This document shows, piece by piece, positions 11,901 through 23,800 of a stretch of 64,000 nt of DNA. Under the pieces are notes generated by a model. It was not told where the DNA came from and did no database searches. It worked only from the letters and a program-made list of their open reading frames with translations. Every line of letters starts with the position of its first letter. The first letter of the stretch is position 1. Source of the stretch: Vitrella brassicaformis CCMP3155 (lineage: Eukaryota; Protista; Chromerida); assembly GCA_001179505.1 (NCBI GenBank), contig CDMY01000477.1, positions 124,001-188,000 of the forward strand, read 5' to 3'. Both the position numbers and the translations under genes were made by a program.

Positions 11901-14900
11901 TTTGGCTGCGGTCCCGGGCCAACGACCCCAGCTACAGCGCTCGTGTCGAGTAAGCTCGGGCGGGTGGATGTTCGTATGCCAGGGGCACACCGGCCGCTCA
12001 TGTGCGTGTGTATATTTGTCTGTTCGCGTGAGCAGCAACCACCCGCTGCCTCTGACGGCCGAGGAGGAGGCTTTTGCAGACTTCGACACAGCCATGTTCC
12101 TCAGTGAGCAGTCAAACACATACATACATACATACATGGGTCTCACGGATGGTCCTTGGCTGTCTGCTGTATGCGCTGTGCTGTGCAGGCATGGGCTTCG
12201 CCTTCATCCCCGGTATCCGTCTACATACATGACAAACATCAACATGAGTGTCTTCGTTGTGGTCATTCCCGCAGCCTTCTGGGGTCTGACGATTGTACGA
12301 GAGCGCGAGACCAAAGCCAAACACCAGCAAACCATATCCGGCGTCAGCATATTCGTAAGGCTGAAAAGCAAGACCTTCCCTCCCTCCCTCCTTACTAACC
12401 TGAAGCGTATTGTGCCTCACTCAACCAATGCATGCCCCCAGGCGTATTGGTTGTCCACGTGGCTGTGGGACAGTGTCGTGTACCTCTTGCCCGCTCTTTT
12501 GGCCTTCATTTTGATGGTCGCATTCGACGTCAAGTCGCTGGTGTGTATCAAGAGCCGGCATCCATCTTTGCATTCCCTGTCGGGATGGATGGATGTGTGT
12601 ATGTGCGTAGCTTGAGGGTGCCGCTGCGGGTGCGACGTTCACCATTCTGCTGTTCTACGGCATCAGCATCGGGCCCTTCACATACATGCTGAGCTTCCTC
12701 TTCAACAACCACACGGCCTCCCAGATATTCTTCGTCCTACTATACCTCCTCACCGGTGCGTTCATTCGTGTACACACGCGCACGCACACACACAATTCAT
12801 ACAGACAGACAAGGAGGTCGACTCATCTCTCTCTCGTGTGTGTCAGGCGGCATTGGTATGGTCGTGTCGTTCATTCTGAGCATCATCTCGACGACCAAGG
12901 AGATCCACGACGACTACCTCTTGTGGATTCTGTACCTGCTGCCGAACTTCGCGTTCGGGAGAGGGCTGGCCAACATCATACTGAGGGAGAGCCGCTTCTT
13001 CTGGAACGGCAAAGAGCACGATGTCTGGGACCTGGAGATAGTCGGATACCCACTCATCTACATGGTCCGCAGCCACCAACAATGCATTTCTTCATGCCAC
13101 GTCTCCTTTGTGTTGGTCGGTGGGTGGAGCTCGCAGACCATAGTGATGATAGTGTCGGTGATCGCCACCTTTGCCATCGAGTACATCAGCTCCACACCCG
13201 ACCTCATGAAGCGACTCCAAATGCACCAATCCATAGAAGAGCCGCCATACGAAGTAACACATGCAGTCAATCTACCTACTCCTGTCTTTTTGTGTGTATG
13301 TGTGTCTTGTGCACACAGGAGGATGACGACGTCGAGTCGGAGCGCCAGGCTGTCAAAGCTATGGCCAGCAAGGCTGACCACACCGACTGGCACATGGTCA
13401 TGGTCATGGGGCTCCGCAAGGTCTTTCCCGGCACTCGCATCGTGCAGCCACGGATCGCCGTCGGCGACGTCTACTTTTCCATACCTGAGGGTCAGTGCTT
13501 TGGCTATTTGGGTGCGAATGGCGCGGGCAAGACGACCACTCTGAAGATGCTGACGGGCGACATCATTCCCACTGACGGAACCGCCAAGCTGGGCAAGAAG
13601 GACATCCTCAAGGAACAGGTGACTGTCAGACGACTCGTCGGATACTGCCCACAGTTCGGTAAATGCAAAGAAACGATGGGAGAGCTGCATTCACTTCAGT
13701 GGGTGGGTGGCTGGATGGCTGCAGACGCGTTGATTGACAACTTGACCGGCCGCGAGCACCTGTGTCTCTTCGCGCGTATCAAGGGCATTCCCAAGACACA
13801 GGTCAACAAGCAAGCAGACGGCCAGCAGCACAGGCAAGCCCGGCACTGCTGCTGTCCTGTCTCTATGTGTAGCTGTACGAGTACGTCCAGAAGATCATCG
13901 AGAAGCTAGGCATCAGGGAGTACGCTGACCGGTGGGCATTACTCTCTCTCCCCCTCTACATAAATGGATGTCACACACTTCACCATCCGTCGGTTGGTTC
14001 GTTCAGCCCTGCCGGCACCTACTCGGGCGGCAACAAGCGCAAGCTGTCTGTCGGAATAGCGCTCATTGGGAACCCAAAGATCGTCTTCCTGGGCAAGCAG
14101 CGGCGCAGATTATGGGCCACATGTCACTCACTGTGTGTCTCTTCCTTCTCGTGTCGTTGATGCAGACGAGCCGACGTCGGGTGTCGATCCGGCCAGCCGT
14201 CGGTTCATGTGGTCGCTAATTGCGACCACCATGCAGGGCCGGTCGGTGATCCTCACCACACACAGCATGGAGGAATGCGAGGCACTCTGCGACAAGATCG
14301 CTATCATGGTCAACGGCAGACTGCGGTCAGTCAGTGCGTGACAGAGAGCCGTGACAAAGACAGAGACATGACACAGAGACTGTGTGGGTGGGTGCTGGGC
14401 GTTTGAGTGCAGTTGCATCGGCCCTGCCAGCCACCTGAAGGCCAAGTATGGTCAGGGGTATCAGTGTGAGATTACCCTTCACGACGAGGACACCCGGCCG
14501 GCGCTGTTTGATTTCATGGCCTCCAACTTCCCGGGCACGGTGGTCGTGGAGAGCCACGGCCGACACGACTCGTTCAAGATACCGAGGGGCATCATGTCAC
14601 TCGCAAACATATTCAGGACCATCGAGCAAAACAAGGTAGGTGGCCAAGGGAACTCAGAGTGCAAAAGAGACGGCTGGCCGGTTGGTTTTCTCTGTGTGTG
14701 TGTCCTTCCTTATCAGGAGACGTTGAAGGTGGATGATTATGCCATTTCGGAGACGGCTCTAGAGCAAATCTTCAGTATATAACGGACATACACACAGACA
14801 ACGAGCAATTCACGGGAACAATGTCTGTCTGTTTCTGTTTCTGTTTTTGTGTTCCTTCAGTCGGGTTTGCGTCTCAGCAAGTTGGCGAGAAGGAGCAGGT

Positions 14901-15105
14901 GCCGTCTGCCGCGCCGCCCCCCATGCAGCAGCAGCAGCCCTACCCGCCACACCAGCCCAACGCCACAACGGTCCACGTCGAGAAGCAGGAGTATGTCGTC
15001 GACAACGGGCCAGCCCCCGGTGCTGTTGATGACGCCATTGAGGAGGACGGACTGGACAACATGGCGATCCCGGTGGAGGAGCAGGCCATGCCAACTACCT
15101 CATGA
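5554..15105 (+). CDS. ABCA: Full-size ABCA-subfamily ABC transporter (TMD-NBD-TMD-NBD), many exons
   Basis: ABCA N-terminus ([15 protein letters not shown]...LLEIALP). NBD1: [32 protein letters not shown]. Second TMD: [16 protein letters not shown]2: [41 protein letters not shown]. Confidence 0.97.
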
Positions 15106-15517
15106 ACAACCAACGATCAGTGATGTCTCAAGTCACGGCAGTAGCTGAGACATACACACAATATATAATGATGCCCATTCTCCTTTATGCCATTCGTACA
15201 CACAGCCGTCATCCGCTCGTACAGCGGAGGGAGACAGGAGTGTATCGTTTGTTCTTTTGCCAACGAGTGGTGAGCAGTTTGATGTGGGGATGTTTTGATC
15301 AACGGTCCTTTTGTGAAGGGGTCTTCTTGTACCTGCAAATCGTGTGTGCCGATTTTGTTCAAAGCGAATCTATAGATGTCCAGTCCATACACAGATGACT
15401 GACTGACTGACTGACTGACTGAGTGAGTGAGAGAGAGAGAGAGGCCGAATAAATACGAGTAGAATAGAGGCTCCACTGGCTTGGCTGCACGACGAGCACC
15501 ACGAGGCGGTGGACCCT

Positions 15518-15996
15518 CTAGCACTTCGTGGATGCACAGATGTCCACTCCATGGATGCACTGATAGACACGCTCGGTCTTCAAAAACGGTCTTTGAGCGG
15601 ACGTTACGTTGCCCTGCTCCTTGAGCGCCTCAGCCTTGCCCATGTCCATCACCAGCAGAGTCATCTTGCGCGTGCCGTCACTGAGTTGGTGCCCGAACGC
15701 CTTGTAGATGCCCATGGCGGTGTCAATGATGCCCTGGGGCGAGAGTAGAATCAGCAGCTGCTGGACCCTCCAGTAGTTTTTGGCAAGCCGAGCGTAAGGC
15801 GCCATCGATGACCACTCGGGTGACTCGGGGCCCCCTTGTTCGAGCAGCGGGAGAGGTACCCAAAGCGCGTCAATCCATCAGGCAGCACGATGTCCTGCTG
15901 CCGCTCCACATCGAAGAGCCCGGTGAGGCCCCGCGAGCGACCAAAGTATGTGTCGACGCGACGAAGCAGCAAGTCCGCGTCGACGGGTAGAGCCAT
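15518..15996 (-). pseudogene. Frameshifted or truncated gene fragment ending in a TPR-like start
   Basis: Two overlapping protein-like frames (MALPVDADLLLRRVDTYFG... and ...LAKNYWRVQQLLILL...MGKAEALKEQGN) cannot be joined by a GT-AG intron. KAEALKEQGN resembles the first helix of a TPR, but I found no convincing continuation. Confidence 0.35.
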
Positions 15997-16086
15997 CTGT
16001 TGCCGAAATAGAGCGGAACCGCAGCAGATCTGCCGTGGTGGGAAAGAGGCCAGGCCGCTTCAGGCCAGGTTGCGTGTAATGACGCC

Positions 16087-16094
16087 AGCTCGCA
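16087..16094 (-). promoter_or_regulatory. Candidate promoter motif TGCGAGCT (AGCTCGCA on +)
   Basis: Lies between 15996(-) and the ftsH start 16160(+). Confidence 0.6.
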
Positions 16095-16159
16095 AAATAG
16101 ATTCGCACGCGACCCTAGCGAAGGTGTTCAGCTCTTGGAGGTCTTTCAGAACTGCCCTC

Positions 16160-19100
16160 ATGTCACCCAAACAGGCATCTGTGGTGATCTTCTTCCTCTG
16201 GCTCTCCGCGACAGGCGAGGCCACAACCCGCCTCACTCATGGCTTCATCCCACCTCCAGCCAGCCAGATCTCGCGGTTCGGCAGCCCGAGTGCCCTGATG
16301 CGCCGCTCTGGCTTGAAGGATGTCTTCCCGCATGCCTCACAGTCGGCCTCTCCGCTGCGGATGAAAGGCGACGACAGCGAGGATGACGACGAGGCAGCAC
16401 GGTTCAGCTGGAATGCGTTTGGGAGGCGGGCGACCTTCGCCGGACTGACGGCCATGCTCCTGTCGGCGCCTGACTGGAACGTACGTCACAGCATGACACG
16501 CCTGTGAAAGGAGCTCTCATGTGCAGTGCACGTGTTGTGTCTGTGTCCCTGTGTGTCTGTATCATGTAGGTGTCTCCTGCGGCAGCCCAGGAAGCCTTGC
16601 GGAGTTACTCGCAGTTCCTGGACATGGTTGAGCAGAAGAAGTTCACGACTGTGCTGTTCAGCGAGGAGGGGACCAGACTGACAGCCATAGACATCGATGG
16701 TCGGTCGGTCTGTCGGTCACACACACGTCGAAAGCAAGGTGCTCTTCACCGCTTGTGTGTGTGTGGCATGTCTGTCTGTGTGTGTTGTGTGTGCAGGCAA
16801 CCAGTATGTGTTGGAAGGCATCCCTAATGACCAGAATCTGCTCAAGACTCTCAGAAAGTACAAAGTCGACTTCTCTGTCCAGTCGCCCGAACCCGTAATG
16901 AAACCACACACACACACACACACACACACACAGCGACCCCACCTGCAGCATGCATGAGCACAAATGCCCCTTTGGCCTGGCCTGTCAGTCGCCCAATTGG
17001 GTGCGGGCCATTGTCACCTTCTTTCCGTGGCTGATTCTGGGGAGTCTACTCTTTTTCACCGCACAGATGGGTCGGGGCGGCGGCCAGCAGGGCGGACAGC
17101 AGAGCGGCGGCGGTGGGGGCGGACTCCTCGGTACCCAGGGACGGAGGGAGTGGGGCGAAGAATGCGGGGCATGGCTGTCTGTGTGGGTGTCCGTATCAGG
17201 TCGGTTCGGTCAGATGAATGCCAAGTTCGACATGAAGCCCGACACGGGCGTCAACTTCTCCCAAGTGGCTGGACAGGACGAGGCCAAGCAGGAGCTGGCC
17301 GAGATCGTCACATTCCTCAAGGACCCAAGTCAGTTCACAAAAATGGGCGCCAAGATCCCGAAAGGCGTCATCATGGAGGGACCACCCGGTAAGTCCTTCT
17401 GCACACACACACACACACACACACACACCACATGTCCACACACACGTCCACACAGAGGGAGTCACTGCGTGCTGTGTGTGTGTGTGTGCGTCAGGCACCG
17501 GTAAGACGCTCTTGGCGAAGGCTGTCGCCGGCGAGGCGGGGGTCCCCTTCTTCTCAACCAGTGGGTCCCAATTCGTAGAGGTCAGTCAGGAACTAACGAC
17601 ATGATCACACAACACAGGGAGGCGGGTGCCTCAACTGGTACTGATTGATGAGTGCATTCAGGTGTTTGTGGGCATCGGCGCCTCACGTGTGCGTGACCTC
17701 TTTGCCAATGCCAAGCGAGTGAGCCCCTGTATCATCTTCATCGACGAGATCGACGCCATCGGCCGCTCACGTGCGTCAGGAGGCTTCATGCCGCAGAACG
17801 ACGAGCGAGAGCAGACACTCAACCAGCTCCTGGCCGAGATGGACGGCTTCACGGGCAACCAGGGTGTGGTGGTGGTGGCGGCCACCAACCGTGCAGACAT
17901 CCTCGACAACGCACTGCTGCGCCCCGGCCGATTCGACCGGCGAGTGCAGGTCAACCTTCCTGACCTACCGGTGAGTGAGTGCATGGCATGTGTTGGCTGC
18001 TGCTTACTTGGTGCGGTGCCGAATTCGATTGGCATGCTGTGCTGTGCTGTCTGTGTGTATCGATTCAATCGATTGTCAGGCGCGTCGGGCCATTTTGGAT
18101 GTGTATGTCAAGGGCAAGCCCATGGCCGACAATGTGGACCTTGACTCCATCGCGGCGCGCACGACCGGATTTTCCGGCGCATCACTCGAGAACCTCATGA
18201 ACGAGGCCGCCATATTTGCTGCCAGAAAGGGCAAGGAGCTCATTGAGACCGACGACGTCGATGCGGCTCTCGACCGCATCATGCTTGGGTCAGAGAAGAC
18301 CAACAGGGCGCTCTCAGAGCGGGTCAAGACGCTCACGGCCTACCATGAAGCCGGCCACGCCCTCGTGGGGGCCTTCCTGCCGGGCTACGACGCAGTGCAG
18401 AAAATCTCCATCATCCCCCGCACAGGCGGCTCCGGAGGCGCCACCTTCTACCTCCCCGCAGAGGAGCGCCTCACTAGCGGAATGTACTCGGTCGACTACC
18501 TGCAAGTCAGAGACATGAGGAGATGAGGGGCCCACCCGCCCCACCGTCAATGTGTGTCTGTCTGTCCGTTGTCTGTCTGTCTTCAGAATCAGCTTGCGGT
18601 AGCTCTTGGTGGTCGTGCTGCTGAGGATGTCGTGTATGGCCCTGAGCACGTGACGACGGGTGCGTCGAGCGATTTGCAGCAAGTGACGCGCATCGCCCGC
18701 AGCATGGTGACGCAGTACGGCATGAACGACAAGGTCGGTCAGCTCAACGTGGAGGACGCTATGATGAGGCAGGGGATGGCGCCATTCCTCGAGACCTCTG
18801 AGGTCAGTCACTCAGTCAGTCAGTCAGTCAGTTAGCAGCAAAAGGTCCGTCCCTTTCAAGCATGCTATAGGCTGGGATTGCATGGCATGTATGTTATGTG
18901 TGGATGTGATATATGTGTCCAGGCCACGAAGGAGACAGTGGACCGTGAGGTGCGTCAGGTGGTGTCAGACGCGTACGCCAAGGCCAAACAAATCCTCCAG
19001 GACAACAGGTACGAACGTAACGAAACAGACCGACCGACCCACACACGCACACACACGCTTTCCCCTCTCCCGGTGTTTCATTCAGATTGTTGCTGGACGA

Positions 19101-19233
19101 GACGGCCCGTCGTCTGGTTGAGAGCGAGATGCTGAGTGGGGAGCAGTTTAGCAGCCTGGTGGCGGGCTACAAGGCCGCTGAGCCCAACCACGCAATCAAG
19201 AAGACCAAGAGCAACCCCTTTGCATTCTCATGA
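16160..19233 (+). CDS. ftsH: Plastid-targeted FtsH AAA+ zinc metalloprotease, FtsH1/5 (type A)-like
   Basis: Signal peptide plus transit-like region ([17 protein letters not shown]...HGFIPP). Lumenal segment SYSQFLDMV...IPNDQNLL. Walker A GPPGTGKT, Walker [34 protein letters not shown], zinc site HEAGH, and [16 protein letters not shown] typical of FtsH1/5. Confidence 0.96.
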
Positions 19234-20896
19234 ATGAAGGACACCAACGGTAGAGTTTCGTTTCGTTTCGTTTGGTTTTGTTTTGTTGTATCGCGGCTGG
19301 CTGCATTGTGTGTGTGTATACCTTTCTGCCTACCTAGTGGATGAGCCGTTGTGTATTGTACATAGAGAGTAGGGATGGGTCGGCGGGTGAATGTCTCTGT
19401 CTAGTCCTTTGTAGCTAGGTGAAGAGAGAGAGAGAGGCGACACACAAGCGAGCGGGCGAGCGAGCAACCTGCCTGCCTTCCTGCCTGCCACGGGGAGGGC
19501 GTTTTCCTATCGCATCTATCTGTAGTGTATTCGCGTGAGGTTGACATGCTTGATCCCTCCTGTCACGTGTCTAGCGTTGCCTTGAGTGAGGTGAACATGA
19601 CATCTCACGGCCGAGATGTCAGTGCCGCCTCGCTGGACGAAGCGCGAGACGCATGACAGACAGGGGGACAGACGCGAAGGCGGCACCAGGAAGGGAATCT
19701 GTCTCGTGTCGTGTTGTGTGTTCTGGTTGGGTGTCCTGCGTGTCTTACTTCTTCCGTACCGCCAAATGTACGCCTCTTCCCCGGGGTGTCATTTGCCGGT
19801 GCGGAAGGAGGGCTGAGACGCATGACACACCAAACAGTGAGTGACACACATAGCGTGGCCACAGGCCGTGTGGCTCTGTCTTGTCTATGTGGATGGATGA
19901 ACGAAGCCATCAGTGAGAGACGAGGGGGCCGGCAGAGAGGGTACTTCTTTTCTTTATCCTCCGTCACATACGTATCGAGTTGCTGTGTCTGTGAGTGTGC
20001 ATAGCCAGCTGTGTGTCCTTTTGTTATGTTCCCCCACATGGAAAGTTTTGTTTGGTGGTTCCCCCTCGAGTTGTGTGCATGTGTGTTTTATCCCCACGTG
20101 CAGTGCAATCAGTGGACGCACCCATGTATGTATGTATGTATGTATGTATGTATATCTACCTCTCTGTCTGTCGACCATCTGTGTGTGTGTACCATATGTA
20201 GTACGCTGGTTGGTTGCCTGGCTGCCTTCCTTGGTAAGTACCACCTGTGCCCGTCCGTTTCTAAGTGTGTGTATACATCTATCTCACCCATTGCAATACG
20301 TAAGAGAGAGGGAGAGAGAGAACCGGCAGGCAGGTCTTTTTCCGTGTGCGTGGCTTAGGTTACATCGGCACCAAGTGTCCTCCATCAAGCTTGATGCATG
20401 GAGCGGTTGTGTGGGAGCGGAGGGGTTGTGTGGATGAGATGAGTGCGACAGAGAGTGAATAGAGGGGGGAGGGGGGGGAGCCATTCATTTATTCACATGT
20501 GTGTGATGTGTGCATGGTGGTGCTGAGTGACACACGAACGAGCCTCGGTGGGCTGGGCGGTGTGCTGCCAGTGTGTGAAGATGAAGATATATATATATCT
20601 GCCCAGGCAGTGAAATGGGCGGTGTCTGCAGTCTGCCAGCCGTTATTTACACACAACTAGGCAGCTACACAGGCATTCATTTCACCCCCTCCAACCCGAA
20701 GCTCACGAAGCACCCACCCCCACCCTCCCTCCCTCTCTCCCTCCCTCCGACCGTTCACTTGATTTAATTGCTGCACAACACGCACACGCAGGTGCATCTA
20801 TCGCTGCTACCAGCTGGCCGCCGTCCATTCCGACCCCTCCATCCATCCCTCCCTCCATCCATCCGTTGTGGTGGATCCATGTGTGGCTACTCGGTG

Positions 20897-23800
20897 CTAG
20901 TTGCGCTCGATGAAGAAGTCCTCTGTGAGGGAGGAGGCCTCCACACACGTCACGGGCCGGGACTGCATGGCACGGCGTGCACCAGACCACACACGCACAC
21001 ACACACGCACACACACAGACAGTAATACGATTGATGTGCATATCTCTCTCTCTCTCTCTCTGTCTCAGCAGGTGACGTACCAGCATCTGCTGCGGCACGT
21101 TGCTCTTGGGTGGGTAGTGGCGGGCAGCCCTGTCAAACACTGCACACACACCAAACACACACATCCATCCATCCATCCAGCCATCCAGCCATTCATCCAG
21201 CCATGTCTCCTGTGCACCCGCCCCCGCACCCTTCATAGTCCTGTCGAAGACCTTATCGGCCGGCAGGTTGTGTGTGGCGTCGTACTCGAGCTTGAACTTC
21301 TTCCACCCGTCTCCCCCGTGGTGCCTCTCAGGCTGCCGCACAATCCAGTCCAGCAGGTGGGCCTCGCAGGGGATGAAGGGGTAGTCGAGTGTCAGGTTCT
21401 GCGGCCACCTCGTGTACAGGAACCGGGCGGCATGGTCGTTGGCCTCGGTCGTCGCCTGGATGTGCTGCACGGCGCGGCGGACGAGGGTGAGTTTCTCGTT
21501 GACGAGTGCGATGATGGCGTTGCGCGTCATGATGGCCGCCTGGAAGGCCTGCGGGGTGAGGGGCCTGTGGACGGTCTCGTAGACCTGCGGCTTCAGATCG
21601 ATGTCCTGGTGCAGAATCAGCCGGTGGATCGCCATGGGCACCGGCAGACGGAACACCACCGATGTGCCCTCGGTGCTGGGGGGGCTGCCGCTGCTGCTGG
21701 TGGCCTGTGGGTGTCGGTCCCCTCTGTGTGTGGCGAGGCCGCTGCTGGCGGTGCTGCTTGTGGTGGTTGCAGCGGTGGTGTTTGGGGTGGTTTTCTTGCC
21801 CTTGTCGAGTTTGAGGAGGAGTTTGTTGGAGCCGACGATGGCTGTGAGCCCCTCGAATACTGCCTCCCACTGGCTCTTGGTCAACTCACGGCTGTCTGCT
21901 CACATAGCCCACCGACACACACAGACGCGATGGTTGCATTGCAGGCAGCCGGGGTGGGGTGCGTGTGTGCATGGGATTGGGGGTATTAATTACAGAATTC
22001 GTGGCCCTTTTCGGTGGGGTCCTTGTCGAGCACTCTGCAATGATCAAACAACAGAACAACGAGCGACACATTCAGCAAGGCAGGCAGGCAGGCAGGCAGG
22101 AAATGTGTGTGTGTGTGTGTCTGTGCTGTGTGTGTGTGCGCACCCTGGTAGCAGGAATCCCGTGATCTGTTCGGGGTCTAGCCCAGACGCGCCCACGGCG
22201 GGCCGCAAGTCGCCGCCGTCAGAGGTCCTGTTTTCCCCCATCAGCTGCCGAAAGTACTCCCGCATCACTGCACCCAGCCAACCAGCCATGGACACACACA
22301 CATGGCGGGGGGGGGGGGGGGGCTGGGGGGNNNNNNNNNNNNNNNNNNNNNNNNNNNNNNNNNNNNNNNNNNNNNNNNNNNNNNNNNNNNNNNNNNNNNN
22401 NNNNNNNNNNNNNNNNNNNNNNNNNNNNNNNNNNNNNNNNNNNNNNNNNNNNNNNNNNNNNNNNNNNNNNNNNNNNNNNNNNNNNNNNNNNNNNNNNNNN
22501 NNNNNNNNNNNNNNNNNNNNNNNNNNNNNNNNNNNNNNNNNNNNNNNNNNNNNNNNNNNNNNNNNNNNNNNNNNNNNNNNNNNNNNNNNNNNNNNNNNNN
22601 NNNNNNNNNNNNNNNNNNNNNNNNNNNNNNGGGGGGGGGGGGGGGGCTGCGGTGTGTGCATACCGTACCGACCATAAGGTGTGATCATCTCGATTTGGTC
22701 CCAGTATCTGGCGAAGACGTACTCGTAGTCGAGTGGGTGCGGCAGCTGCACCACACGCTTGGCCTCGCGCTTGATGTCCTCCCTGCCGTTCGGTGGTCAT
22801 CATTTACGACACACATAAAGGAGGAGAGACCCGCATACACATGCTTGTGGTCTGCTTGTGTGTGTGCATCAATCAGGATGTGTGTGTGTATCGTCCGTCA
22901 TGGTGTGTATGTGACTGACTTGAGTTGTCGTTTGGGTATCTCCCACTCCATGGAGTGTGCGAGGCTGGATGTGGGCTGCGGGCGGCCACCCAGCCGCACT
23001 CGACGCAACATGCGGTCGTGCCACATCTCCACCAGACGCACGCTACCGCACCACAGATACTCCACTGAATGCACAGCACAGGAATGAATCATACCACACA
23101 CACACACGCACTCACACACATGGCTAGTGTGTGGGGTGTGTGCAGGTGTGTGTGCAGGTGTGTGTGTGTGTGTGTGGTACCTGGCACGACCTCCTCCCAG
23201 GCCGGAATGAGTGCGTGGTGTGCTATCTTGGTAAACTCGGTTCGGAGCTCGAGGCGCGTGTACTGCCGCTTGACGGAGAGGCGGTCGGGCCGCTCCGGCT
23301 CGATCTTGTGCGACTCGCACATCAGCAGCACCCCCACACCTATTTGACGCATCCACTCCTACATACACACACACACACACACACACATACATATCCACCC
23401 ACACACGCGAGAATGCCCCCCGCCTCTCTTTCTTTCTGCCTCTCTGTCTGTCTGTTGGTACCTACCTCGCTGATGAGTTGGTGCAGCTGGTCGAAGCTCG
23501 ACTGCCGTTGGGGGTATATGGGCGACCCCAGTGGCAGCGTGGCCAGTGCCACAGTGTGTGGCACCTCTGTGTATGGCCACTGGACCGAGAAGGCCGTCAC
23601 GGGGGGCGTCGTGGGGAAACGATGGATGCAGGCGCCCGGGGTGCCCAGGCGGTGTGTGAAGTCGTCCACGCTGTCGCTGACGGCCTTCATCTTGTCCTCG
23701 ACGCGGCGCTCGATGGCACGGAGGAAGATGACTCGGTGAGGGGGGAGGAATATGAGCGTGTTGGTGTTGCCCAGACTGCATCATCTCATCAATCACACAC

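Noticed and set aside
19605-20500. Possible small gene between ftsH and the FAAL-like gene
   Set aside because: Short ORFs without motifs or a consistent exon chain; compatible with 3' UTRs.
22300-22650. Poly-G tracts as a G-quadruplex element
   Set aside because: They border the gap and may be sequencing artefacts; true length unknown.
21601-22803. ORFs spanning the N run
   Set aside because: Artefacts of translating through the assembly gap and antisense to the FAAL-like gene.
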